Below are positions 21,470 through 30,115 of a stretch of 64,000 nt of DNA, piece after piece (within the stretch, counting starts at the first letter, position 1; the number at the start of each line of letters is the position of its first letter). Below the pieces are notes generated by a model. The model was not told the DNA's origin. It saw only the letters and a program-made list of their open reading frames with translations, and did no database searches. Origin of the DNA: Acidobacteriota bacterium (GTDB lineage Bacteria; Acidobacteriota; Thermoanaerobaculia; UBA5066; Gp7-AA6); NCBI GenBank assembly GCA_046726795.1, contig JBKPBH010000027.1:4215-68214 (forward strand), written 5' to 3'. The translations under genes were made by a program, and so were the position numbers.

Positions 21470-21500
21470 TTGACAGCGCTGCACACAGCGGAATAAGAAT
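21470..21500 (+). promoter_or_regulatory. Putative sigma70-type promoter for dnaB
   Basis: TTGACA-18 nt-TAAGAAT, 23 nt upstream of the dnaB ATG. Confidence 0.35.
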
Positions 21501-21523
21501 CCGACGCTCGCTCCCAAAAACGA

Positions 21524-22891
21524 ATGCTCGAAGAAGCCGTCGCCGAGAAGGCACTGCCGCAGAACGCCGAGGCCGAACGCGCCATCCTCGGCTCGATCCT
21601 GCTCGATCCGTCCGCCATCGCTCTGGTCGTTCCGATCCTCCCGAACGCGGACGAGTTCTACAGCGACAAGCACCAGAGGATCTATCGAGGCATGCTCGAT
21701 CTCTTCGGGCGGTCCGCCGAGATCGATCTCCTGACTCTCAAGGAGGAATTGAACACGGGCCAGGTGGAGACCGTGGACGCCGCCTACCTGTCCTGGCTTC
21801 TCGACGGCGTGCCCGACATCGGCAACGTCGAGCATTATGCCCGGATCGTCAAGGAGAAAGCGACGCTGCGACGCTTGATCCGCGCCGGCCAGCGGATCGT
21901 CCGCGACGGGCTCACGCAGGAGAAGACGGCGGAGGAGCTTCTCGGGGAGGTGACCGGCGAGATCTTCGAGATTGCGGACGATTCGGTGCGCGAGGCGTTC
22001 ACCCCCATCGGAAAGATCGTCAAGCACAACCTCGAGGTGATCGAAGACGCCCGGACCCGCCAGGGGATGCTCTCGGGCCTGGCGACCGGCTTCACGGAGC
22101 TCGACCGGATGACCTCGGGACTCCAGACATCGGACCTGATCATCCTGGCGGCCCGGCCTTCGGTCGGGAAGACCTCGCTCGCCTTAAACATCGCCCAGCA
22201 CGTCGCCCTGCGCGAGGCGAAATCGGTGGCGTTCTTCTCGCTCGAGATGTCCATGGAACAGCTGGGGTTTCGCGTCCTCTGTTCGGAAGCGGACGTGGAC
22301 GCCAAGAAGGTCCGCGACGGCTATGCTTCGAAGGAGGCGATCGGACGTCTCGTGCTCGCGCAGACCACGATCGCGGGGGCGAACTTCTTCATCGACGACA
22401 GCGCTGGAGTGAACGTCCCGATGATGCGCGCCAAGGCGCAGCGCCTGAAACGCGAGAAGGGGCTGGACCTGCTCATCGTGGACTACCTCCAGCTCATGGC
22501 GGGACACGGCCGGTTCGACAACCGCACCCAGGAGGTTTCCCAGATCTCCCGCGGTCTGAAGCTCCTCGCCAAGGAGCTGAAAGTTCCGATCATCGCCCTC
22601 TCGCAGCTCTCCCGTCAGCCGGAGCAGCGCAAGGGAGACCTGCGCAAGCCACAGCTGGCGGATCTGCGCGACTCGGGCTCGCTCGAACAGGACGCCGACG
22701 TCGTGATCATGCTCTACCGGGAGGAGCTCTACGACCGCAACACCGAGCGCAAGGGGATCGCCGACGTCATCATCGCCAAGCAGCGCAACGGCCCGGTCGG
22801 CGATTTCGAGGCCGTCTTCCTGCCCGACCACATGACCTTCCGCAACTATGCCCGAGAGGCACCGCCTCCCTCCTCGGACCAGCCCTTCTAG
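21524..22891 (+). CDS. dnaB: Replicative DNA helicase
   Basis: DnaB N-domain plus RecA-like core (ARPSVGKTSLALNIA, Walker B LLIVDYLQLM, SQLSRQPEQR). Confidence 0.95.
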   Translation: MLEEAVAEKALPQNAEAERAILGSILLDPSAIALVVPILPNADEFYSDKHQRIYRGMLDLFGRSAEIDLLTLKEELNTGQVETVDAAYLSWLLDGVPDIGNVEHYARIVKEKATLRRLIRAGQRIVRDGLTQEKTAEELLGEVTGEIFEIADDSVREAFTPIGKIVKHNLEVIEDARTRQGMLSGLATGFTELDRMTSGLQTSDLIILAARPSVGKTSLALNIAQHVALREAKSVAFFSLEMSMEQLGFRVLCSEADVDAKKVRDGYASKEAIGRLVLAQTTIAGANFFIDDSAGVNVPMMRAKAQRLKREKGLDLLIVDYLQLMAGHGRFDNRTQEVSQISRGLKLLAKELKVPIIALSQLSRQPEQRKGDLRKPQLADLRDSGSLEQDADVVIMLYREELYDRNTERKGIADVIIAKQRNGPVGDFEAVFLPDHMTFRNYAREAPPPSSDQPF

Positions 22892-22905
22892 AAGAAGTCG
22901 TGCGC

Positions 22906-22972
22906 TGTTGAGTCATGAGCCGTGAGTTAGCCTTGTCTGTTTGAACTCACGACTGACGACTCCTGACTCACT
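22906..22972. repeat. Intercistronic stem-loop (dnaB-alr) with arms made of tandem heptamers
   Basis: Left arm tgttgag tcatgag ccgtgag; right arm actcacg actgacg actcctg actcact; begins 15 nt after the dnaB TAG. Confidence 0.55.
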
Positions 22973-24083
22973 CCTGTTCTCCCGTCCGACCCTCGCCGTC
23001 GTGGACCTGGGGGCCATCGCCCGCAACTACGGGCTGCTGAAGAAACGCGTGGGTGGCGCCGTGGCGGTCTTTCCCGTCGTCAAGGCGGACGCCTACGGGC
23101 ACGGGGCGGTACCGGTGGCGCGCCGGCTGACCGCGGAGGGGGCGCGGACGCTCGCCGTCGCGATCGCGGAGGAAGGGATCGCGTTGCGGCGCGCGGGCGT
23201 TGCGGGCGAGATCCTGCTGCTGAACTTTTCCGACCCGGCGGAGACCCCGCTGCTGCGAGCCTACGGCCTGACGCCGGCGCTCTATGACCTCGAGCACGCC
23301 GCCGCCTTCGCCCGTGCCGCCGCCGCTCTGCCTTCCCCGCTCCCGGTCCACGCCAAATTCGACACCGGGATGGGGCGGCTCGGGCTCGCGCCGGAGGACA
23401 CCGGCGCCCTCGCCGGTCTCTTCCGAGGTTCGCGGCTGAAGCTGGCGGGCGTCTTCGCGCAACTTTCGTCGGCCGAGGATTCCACGTCTCCCGCGACGGC
23501 GGCCCAGGTGCGGGGGCTGGCCGGCGTGGTTTCGGCCCTGCGCGGGATGGGCCTCGATCCCGGCCTCGTCCACCTCGCCAACTCCGCCGGAGTTCTCGCG
23601 CGCCCGGATTCCCACTTCGACGCGGTGCGTCCTGGCATTGCCCTCTATGGGATCCCTCCATCGCCCACGATGGAAAGAGAGGGCCTCGAACCCGCGCTGA
23701 CTCTGGAGACTCGCGTCATGTCCGTGAGACGGGTGCCCTCCGGCACGTCCCTCGGATACGGCGGAGTCTTCGTCACGCGCCGGCCTTCGACCATCGCGGT
23801 CCTTCCGATCGGCTATGATGACGGCCTTCGAAGGTCCTTCTCCGGTCGGATTTCCGTGTTGGTCGAGGGCAAGGAGGCGCCGATCGTCGCTGCGGTGAGC
23901 ATGGATCTGACGCTCGTGGACGCGACAGACTGCGGCGCCGCCCGGGGCGATCGGGTCGTGTGTCTGGGGGCGGAGGGCCGGCGTTGTGTGACCGCGTGGG
24001 ACCTCGCCCGCGCGGCCGGGACGGTCCCGTATGAGATCCTCTGCGGGATTTCCGCCCGCGTGCCCAGAAGGTATCGGGATTGA
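22941..24083 (+). CDS. alr: Alanine racemase
   Basis: PLP motif VVKADAYGHG and C-terminal domain; the ORF-track start TTG 22941 lies inside the heptamer hairpin, and the alternative start is GTG 23001 (VDLGAIARNY). Confidence 0.88.
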   Translation: MNSRLTTPDSLLFSRPTLAVVDLGAIARNYGLLKKRVGGAVAVFPVVKADAYGHGAVPVARRLTAEGARTLAVAIAEEGIALRRAGVAGEILLLNFSDPAETPLLRAYGLTPALYDLEHAAAFARAAAALPSPLPVHAKFDTGMGRLGLAPEDTGALAGLFRGSRLKLAGVFAQLSSAEDSTSPATAAQVRGLAGVVSALRGMGLDPGLVHLANSAGVLARPDSHFDAVRPGIALYGIPPSPTMEREGLEPALTLETRVMSVRRVPSGTSLGYGGVFVTRRPSTIAVLPIGYDDGLRRSFSGRISVLVEGKEAPIVAAVSMDLTLVDATDCGAARGDRVVCLGAEGRRCVTAWDLARAAGTVPYEILCGISARVPRRYRD

Positions 24084-24853
24084 CGCGCTTCCTCGAGGCG
24101 ATCGGCCGCGTCGTCCTACGGGTCTTCGAGGAGGTCGGGCACTTCTTCTCGATGCTCGGAAGCGTCGCGGCCTGGGCGGTGCGGCCTCCCTACGATGTGG
24201 CCGAGCTGTTGCGGCAGATGGTCCGCGTCGGGTACGACTCGATTCCCGTCGTCTTCGTCACGACTCTCTTCACCGGCATGGTGCTCGCGCTCCAGACCTT
24301 CAACGGCTTCGCCCGTTTCCACGCCCAGAACCTGGTCGGAAGCGTGGTGGCCCTGTCGCTGACACGGGAGCTCGCGCCGGTGCTGACCGCGCTCATGGTG
24401 ACCGGGCGCGTCGGCAGCGCGATGGCCGCGGAGCTCGGCACGATGCGGGTCACCGAGCAGATCGATGCCTTGACCTCGCTCGCCACCGAGCCGGTGCAGT
24501 ACCTGATGGTGCCGCGGGTCACGGCGTCCATCCTGATGCTCCCGCTCCTGGTCATCATGGGGGATGTCGTTGGGATCTACGGCGGCTATTTCGTGGCGGT
24601 GCAGCTGCTCGGCGCGAACCCCGTCGCCTATCTCGACAACTCCTTCCAGTACCTGCACGTGAGCGACGACGTCGTTTCGGGCGTCATCAAGGCGGCGGTC
24701 TTCGGGCTGATCTTTTCGCTGATCGCCTGTGTGCGCGGTTACTACACGGAGGGGGGCGCGGAGGGCGTGGGCCGCTCGACAACGAGGGCCGTCGTCTCCG
24801 GCAGCCTGTCGGTCCTCGTCGCGGACTTCTTCCTGACCAAGCTTCTGTATTAG
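24080..24853 (+). CDS. mlaE: MlaE-family ABC transporter permease
   Basis: Aligns with MlaE/Ttg2B (LRQMVRVGYDSIPVV...LTRELAPVLTALMVTGRVGSAMAAELGTMRVTEQIDAL); TTG start overlaps the alr stop. Confidence 0.8.
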   Translation: MTRFLEAIGRVVLRVFEEVGHFFSMLGSVAAWAVRPPYDVAELLRQMVRVGYDSIPVVFVTTLFTGMVLALQTFNGFARFHAQNLVGSVVALSLTRELAPVLTALMVTGRVGSAMAAELGTMRVTEQIDALTSLATEPVQYLMVPRVTASILMLPLLVIMGDVVGIYGGYFVAVQLLGANPVAYLDNSFQYLHVSDDVVSGVIKAAVFGLIFSLIACVRGYYTEGGAEGVGRSTTRAVVSGSLSVLVADFFLTKLLY

Positions 24854-24862
24854 GACAACGCG

Positions 24863-25672
24863 ATGGAAGGCAAGGCCTCCACGGCCCCGCGCCCCGAAGA
24901 GGCTTCCCCGAAGCTCGAGGCGGAGGATCTGCACAAGTCCTTCGGCGACAAGGTCGTGCTGGACGGCATCTCGTTCTCGGTCGCGCAAGGGGAGTCGCTC
25001 GTGATCGTTGGCCCTTCCGGCACGGGGAAGAGCGTTCTCCTGAAGCACTTGATCGGCCTGATCCGGCCCGATTCCGGGAAGGTCTTCGTCGCGGGCGAGG
25101 ACTTCTGGGCGCTGTCTCACGTCGAGCGCAACCGCGCCCGCAAGAGGTTCGGCATGTCGTTCCAGGAGGGAGCGCTCTTCGATTCGATGTCGGTCTTTGA
25201 CAACATCGCCTTTCCCCTGCGCCGATCGGGACAGCCGGCGGACCGAGTCCGCGAGCGCGTGAGGGAGTGCCTGGAGATCGTGCACCTGCCCAACGTCGAG
25301 GAGAAGCGCACGTCGGAGCTCTCCGGAGGCATGCGTCGGCGTGTCGGATTCGCGCGCGCGATCGCCCACGAGCCCGAAATCCTGCTCTTCGACGAGCCCA
25401 ACACGGGGCTCGACCCGATCATGACGGAAATCATCGACGAGGTGATTCTCGAGATGCGCGAGCGCATGAAGCCGACGATCGTGACGATCACGCACCACAT
25501 CGAAAGCGCCCGGAAAATCGGGGACCGGGTCGCCCTGCTCTTCGGGGGAAAGCTCCTCTATGACGCCCGGCCCGACGAGTTCCTCGCGGCATCGGATCCG
25601 GCCGTGCGGCAGTTCGTCGAGGGAAAATCCCAGGGTCCCCTGACGCGGGATTTCGAGGTGTCGGCGCGATGA
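24863..25672 (+). CDS. mlaF: MlaF-like ABC transporter ATP-binding protein
   Basis: Walker A GPSGTGKS, signature LSGGMRRRV, Walker B LLFDEPNTGLD. Confidence 0.85.
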   Translation: MEGKASTAPRPEEASPKLEAEDLHKSFGDKVVLDGISFSVAQGESLVIVGPSGTGKSVLLKHLIGLIRPDSGKVFVAGEDFWALSHVERNRARKRFGMSFQEGALFDSMSVFDNIAFPLRRSGQPADRVRERVRECLEIVHLPNVEEKRTSELSGGMRRRVGFARAIAHEPEILLFDEPNTGLDPIMTEIIDEVILEMRERMKPTIVTITHHIESARKIGDRVALLFGGKLLYDARPDEFLAASDPAVRQFVEGKSQGPLTRDFEVSAR

Positions 25673-25706
25673 TCGAATCCGGACGAGGTTTCCCTTCGGA
25701 GGGCGC

Positions 25707-27152
25707 ATGAACACTGCGGCGAAGGTCGGAGGGTTTTTCCTGGTGATCCTGATCCTGGCGGGTCTCCTGATCTGGAGGATCGAGGACCTGCGCTTGGGTC
25801 GGGGACCGGCCAAGAAGATCTCGGTCGAGTTCAAGGACGTGGCAGGCCTGGACGCCAAGTCCACCGTGCGCCTGGCCGGCGTCCGCGTGGGGAAGGTGGC
25901 CCGGATCCGCCTGACGTCCGACGGGCGCGCGATCGTGGACATGGACCTCGATCACGAAGTGGAGCTGCGGCGCGGAGCGTCGGCCTCAATCGCGAATCTG
26001 GGTCTGCTCGGAGAGAAGTACGTCGAGCTCGTGCCCGGGCCGGTGGGCGCGCCCGAGCTTCCCGAGGGGACGACACTCAAGGGGGACATCCCCGTCAGCT
26101 TCGACCAGATCACCAAATTGGCGAGAGACATCGAGGTGGACGTCAAGGACATCACGAAGAATCTGAGCCAGTCGCTCGGCGGGCCCCAGGGGGAGGAGCG
26201 GCTCCGCACGATCATCGACAACATCAAGATCATTACCGAGGATCTGCGCGTGATGGTCGCCTCCAACCGCGGCAACGTGGACGCGACGCTGGCGAATCTC
26301 AAGGATCTCACGGAGGGGATGACGCAACTGGTGGACCGCGTGGACAAGCTCATCGCCTCCAACTCCGCCAACGTCACGCAGGGCATCGCCAACATCAGGG
26401 ACGTCTCCGGCAAGCTCGAGACAACGGCCGAGAACCTCAACCAGATCACCGGCAAGATCAAGTCCGGGGAGGGGACTGTCGGGAAGCTCGTCGAGAGCGA
26501 GGAAACCCACAAGAACCTGAACGAGGCCCTGGTCGCGGTCAAGGAAGGGGTCGCGGGGCTGAACAAGGCCCTGGGATCGGTCGGGCGGACCCGGTTCGAC
26601 CTGGGCGTCCGTTCCGAGCTGCTGACGCGCTTCTCGAAGGGAAAGGGCTACTTTTCCCTCGACATCAATCCCCCCGAGTCCCCCCGCTTCTATCGGTTCG
26701 AGCTGTCCACGGAGCCCTTCGGGCGCCGCGTCTCCTCGACGAGCGTCGAGACGACGACCTTTCCGGACGGGCACGTCGAGGTCAAGACGACCGACACGCA
26801 GGAGTTCAAGGACGACTTCGCCATCACAGCGCTCTTCGGATACCGGTGGAGGGACTGGGGCCTGCGGGCCGGGGTCATCGAGTCCCGCGGCGGCGCGGGC
26901 CTCGACTACAAGCTCCTGAAGGACCGCCTTCGCCTCTCGGCCGACGTGTGGGACTTCACCCGCCCCGATTTTGCCGCCCATGCAAAATTCACGGGCCGCT
27001 ACTTCATCTCGCCTTCCGTCTATTTTCAGGGGGGCTGGGACGACTTCCTGAACCGCTCGCGGGCAGCCGACTCGATCTTCGTGGGGGCGGGCGTGCGCTG
27101 GACCGACGACGACATCAAGTACCTGCTCGGCTCGGTGCCCATCAAGCCGTGA
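25707..27152 (+). CDS. mlaD: MlaD/MCE-domain protein
   Basis: N-terminal TM followed by an Mce domain (KISVEFKDVAGLDAKSTVRLAGVRVGKV) and a long coiled-coil C-terminal extension. Confidence 0.75.
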   Translation: MNTAAKVGGFFLVILILAGLLIWRIEDLRLGRGPAKKISVEFKDVAGLDAKSTVRLAGVRVGKVARIRLTSDGRAIVDMDLDHEVELRRGASASIANLGLLGEKYVELVPGPVGAPELPEGTTLKGDIPVSFDQITKLARDIEVDVKDITKNLSQSLGGPQGEERLRTIIDNIKIITEDLRVMVASNRGNVDATLANLKDLTEGMTQLVDRVDKLIASNSANVTQGIANIRDVSGKLETTAENLNQITGKIKSGEGTVGKLVESEETHKNLNEALVAVKEGVAGLNKALGSVGRTRFDLGVRSELLTRFSKGKGYFSLDINPPESPRFYRFELSTEPFGRRVSSTSVETTTFPDGHVEVKTTDTQEFKDDFAITALFGYRWRDWGLRAGVIESRGGAGLDYKLLKDRLRLSADVWDFTRPDFAAHAKFTGRYFISPSVYFQGGWDDFLNRSRAADSIFVGAGVRWTDDDIKYLLGSVPIKP

Positions 27153-27240
27153 AACGTGAACCGTAAAGCGTCAAGCGTGACCCGGAGCGGCCGAGACGGG
27201 ACGGCGCTTCGTTTCGGGTTTCACGTCTAACGTCTGAGGA
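27147..27240. repeat. Stem-loop with tandem-heptamer arms between mlaD and radA
   Basis: Left arm ccgtgaa acgtgaa ccgtaaa gcgtcaa gcgtgac spans the mlaD TGA; right arm gcttcgt ttcgggt ttcacgt ctaacgt ctgagga; cgtgaaacg and cgtttcacg are complementary. Confidence 0.55.
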
Positions 27241-27247
27241 TCCGAAT

Positions 27248-28591
27248 ATGCCCCGCGCCACGACGGTTTTCGCGTGCCAGTCCTGCGGGGCTTCGTCGTC
27301 CAAGTGGCTCGGCCGCTGCCCGGACTGCGGGGAGTGGAACAGCTACGTCGAGGAGCTTCGGGCGGAGAGGGCCGCTCCGCAGGCGGCCCTCCCCGCCTCG
27401 ATGGCGCAGGTGCAGGGCGAAGCGAGCACGCGGCTGGCGACCGGCCTGCCGGGTCTCGACCGGGTGCTCGGCGGAGGACTGGTCGCGGGTTCGGTCGTTC
27501 TTCTGGGCGGCGAGCCCGGCATCGGCAAGTCCACCTTTCTCCTCCAGGCGGCCCGCGCCCTCGCGACACTGGGCGGCGATGTCCTCTACGCCACCGCGGA
27601 GGAGTCGGCGGCTCAGGTCCGGATGCGAGGCGAGCGGCTTCGCGTGCGGGAGGAGACCCTGCTGCTCGCCGCCGAAACGGACGTCGAGCGCGTCGTCGCG
27701 GCCGCCGAGCGCCGCCCGCCGGCGCTGCTGATCGTGGACTCCATCCAGGCCGTTCGAGAACCGGCTCTCTCGTCGGCGGCCGGCACAGTCACGCAGGTGC
27801 GCGAGTGCGCCTCGGTCCTGCAGCGGTTCGCCAAGACGCGAGACGTGCCGGTCATCCTGATCGGCCACGTGACCAAGGACGGCAGCCTCGCCGGTCCCAA
27901 ATCGCTCGAGCACCTCGTGGACACCGTCCTGACGCTCGAAGGGGAGAGGACCTCTCTGCGGCGCGTCCTGCGCGCCACGAAGAACCGGTTCGGGCCGGTC
28001 GAGGAGCTCGCGCTTTACGACATGACCGGGGAGGGTCTTTCCGAGATCTCCAATCCTTCGGCTGCGCTCCTGGCCGAGCGGCGGGCCGGCCTTCCGGGCA
28101 GCGCCGTGACGGCCACGCGGGAAGGGTCCCGTTGCCTTCTCGTGGAGATCCAGGCACTCGTCGGGCCGCCGGCGGCGGGCTCCCCCCGGCGTGTGGCGAT
28201 CGGTTTCGATCCCGGACGGCTCGCCCTTCTCCTGGCCGTTCTCGAAGGGTCGGGCCTGCCGCTGGCGTCCCGGGAGGTCTTCGTCTCCTGCGCGGGAGGC
28301 CTCTCCACCGCCGAGCCCGCGGCGGACCTGGCCGCGGTGGCGGCGCTGGCCTCTTCCGCCCGAGGGCGCGCCATCCCCGCGGACGTCGTCTGCTTCGGCG
28401 AAATCGGATTGCTCGGCGAAGTTCGTCGAGTTCCGGCGGCCAGCTCCCGTCTGAAGGAGGCCGTGGCCATGGGCTTTCAAACAGTTTACCTGCCCTCCGG
28501 AGACGCGGCGGAAGCCGGGCGCTTTCAGGATCTCGCGATCCGCCCCGTCGAGCGGGTCAGGGACTTCGTCCAGGAGATTTGTGATTTGTGA
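27248..28591 (+). CDS. radA: DNA repair protein RadA/Sms
   Basis: N-terminal Zn ribbon CQSCGASSSKWLGRCPDCGEW, RecA-like Walker A GEPGIGKST, KNRFG motif, Lon-like C-terminus. Confidence 0.95.
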   Translation: MPRATTVFACQSCGASSSKWLGRCPDCGEWNSYVEELRAERAAPQAALPASMAQVQGEASTRLATGLPGLDRVLGGGLVAGSVVLLGGEPGIGKSTFLLQAARALATLGGDVLYATAEESAAQVRMRGERLRVREETLLLAAETDVERVVAAAERRPPALLIVDSIQAVREPALSSAAGTVTQVRECASVLQRFAKTRDVPVILIGHVTKDGSLAGPKSLEHLVDTVLTLEGERTSLRRVLRATKNRFGPVEELALYDMTGEGLSEISNPSAALLAERRAGLPGSAVTATREGSRCLLVEIQALVGPPAAGSPRRVAIGFDPGRLALLLAVLEGSGLPLASREVFVSCAGGLSTAEPAADLAAVAALASSARGRAIPADVVCFGEIGLLGEVRRVPAASSRLKEAVAMGFQTVYLPSGDAAEAGRFQDLAIRPVERVRDFVQEICDL

Positions 28592-28659
28592 TTGTTGATT
28601 TGTGATTTGTGATCAGGGCAGCAAGCGTCGCTTCGCCCCCTCACTCATCACAAATCACC
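28576..28659. repeat. Tandem heptamer array (GATTTGT x5) spanning the radA stop codon, with a downstream inverted copy
   Basis: gatttgt gatttgt gattgtt gatttgt gatttgt encodes the last radA codons (ICDL*); atcacaaatcac at 28647-28658 is the reverse complement of gtgatttgtgat at 28581-28592 (12 bp stem). Confidence 0.6.
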
Positions 28660-28673
28660 TCGCCGATTGTCCA

Positions 28674-29255
28674 TCAAAGCGATGGCCGAAAACGAGGTGA
28701 GCGCTCGTTCTCTCGCTCCAAGGACACGAGAAGCCGCAAGGGCGCGGGGCCGGGCGAATCGGGCGGGAAAGGGGCGATCAGGGTGACGCGGGCGGCCGGA
28801 TCCAGCTGGAATGCGGCCGGTTCGAACGTTCGCCGCTCCACCACCCGGTAGCGCCGCAGACCCAGGGAAGTCGTCAGGCGGACCCGGTCGCCAAGCCTCA
28901 TCCGGCCGACCGCCTGGGCGCATCGCCCTCGCGAGATCGCGATCGCCGAGGGCGTGCCGGTCTTCTCCTCTCCGGGCAGCGCCGTCTCCGGCACGTGACC
29001 GGCGCCCCGGGCGAGTGTGTTCGCCGCAATCCCCTCGAGCACGGGCGCATCGAGCGCCAGTCGCGCCACGGTCAACCGGGCGATGAGGTCGCCCTCCGGG
29101 ATTCGGGACGCGCGGGCCCCCGACGAAGAGCGAACCACGCTTCCTGCCCGCCGTTCGATTCCGGAATAGACATCCCGCGCGAAGGGAACGGTGAACAGGA
29201 TCCCGAACCCGAGACCGACGGAAGTTAAGGCCGGAGCGAGCCTGTGGGAGAACAT
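28674..29255 (-). CDS. Sortase-like transpeptidase-fold protein (possibly catalytically degenerate)
   Basis: N-terminal TM; sortase-like layout ...LARGAGHVPETALPGEEKTGTPSAIAISRGR...LGDRVRLTT..YRVVERRTFEP...VTLIAPFP. By my alignment the canonical AGHR His and TLxTC Cys positions read SRGR and TLIAP. Confidence 0.4.
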   Translation of the reverse strand: MFSHRLAPALTSVGLGFGILFTVPFARDVYSGIERRAGSVVRSSSGARASRIPEGDLIARLTVARLALDAPVLEGIAANTLARGAGHVPETALPGEEKTGTPSAIAISRGRCAQAVGRMRLGDRVRLTTSLGLRRYRVVERRTFEPAAFQLDPAARVTLIAPFPPDSPGPAPLRLLVSLERENERSPRFRPSL

Positions 29256-29329
29256 TTTTCTGGAGCCGGATAGCCTGGCGCCCGGCCCCGCCCGAGGGCG
29301 AGGACCGGGCGCAGGAGTCCTGTTTGGAT

Positions 29330-29983
29330 CTAGAGGGTCTTCCGACCGATCAGCAAGCCGGCCGCTATGAGGGCGAGGCCTGCCAGGGCCATTCGAGGAA
29401 ACACGGAGGCCGTCTTGGGGAGCGTCGTCTCGGCCGGAGCCGGCGCAGCCGGAGGCGGAACGTACGCGGGCGCCGGGGGCGCCGGGGCGGGCGCCGCGGG
29501 TTCCGGAGGGGGCGCGGCCATGGTCGAAGTCGAGGTCGATGTCGTGCTCTGCGCGATGACGGTGGAGGTCGTCGTGATGCCCACCTCCTTGCGGTCGATG
29601 ACCTCTCCGCTCACGTTCAAGGCGACGACCGCGATCCGGTGACTCCCCGGGGGGACGCTGTCGATCGTGGCGGTATTGGACTCCGTCCCCTTCAGCGTGG
29701 CCTTGCGTTGATTATCGAGATAGACGTCGAAGCGCGGCTGCGGGAAGTTGGCCTCTCCGAAACGGGTGCCCTGGCCCGCCCCGAAGACCTGGTGGTTGTA
29801 GTCCACGGTGACGCGGACGCTGCTTCCGGAGATGGTGGCGCCCTCGGCGGGCTCCATCAGCTTCAACTTGAGAGTGTTCTTGGTCGGGCCGCCGGTGTTC
29901 GGGTCGGCGTTCTGGGCGAGAGCCGTTCCGGCAAAGGCGCAAAGGGCGACTGCGGCGATGAGGGTCGAGATTCTCCTGCGCAT
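29330..29983 (-). CDS. Secreted protein with C-terminal sortase-type sorting signal (LPKTA + TM + basic tail)
   Basis: Signal peptide MRRRISTLIAAVALCAFAGTALAQ, globular domain, Pro/Ala/Thr-rich linker, then ETTLPKTASVFPRMALAGLALIAAGLLIGRKTL; strong SD aggaaggaga upstream. Confidence 0.55.
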   Translation of the reverse strand: MRRRISTLIAAVALCAFAGTALAQNADPNTGGPTKNTLKLKLMEPAEGATISGSSVRVTVDYNHQVFGAGQGTRFGEANFPQPRFDVYLDNQRKATLKGTESNTATIDSVPPGSHRIAVVALNVSGEVIDRKEVGITTTSTVIAQSTTSTSTSTMAAPPPEPAAPAPAPPAPAYVPPPAAPAPAETTLPKTASVFPRMALAGLALIAAGLLIGRKTL

Positions 29984-30115
29984 GGTCTCTCCTTCCTGTG
30001 AGGGCGACGCCCAAAAAGCGACGCCGAGGAGAGGCGAAGCAAATGCCGGGCCAATATCAACGGGACGGCCCAGGTTTCAAGGTCCAAGCCTCGAGGGGCC
30101 CGAAGCTTGAGCCTT

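Noticed and set aside
28576-28617. Possible CRISPR array (regular short repeats)
   Set aside because: Units are 7 nt, directly abutting with no spacers, and the second arm is an inverted copy; no cas genes. It is a tandem-repeat hairpin, not CRISPR
29324-30001. 225 aa plus-strand ORF antisense to the sortase-target gene
   Set aside because: Gly/Arg-rich junk translation; the minus-strand gene has a signal peptide, an SD and the sorting signal
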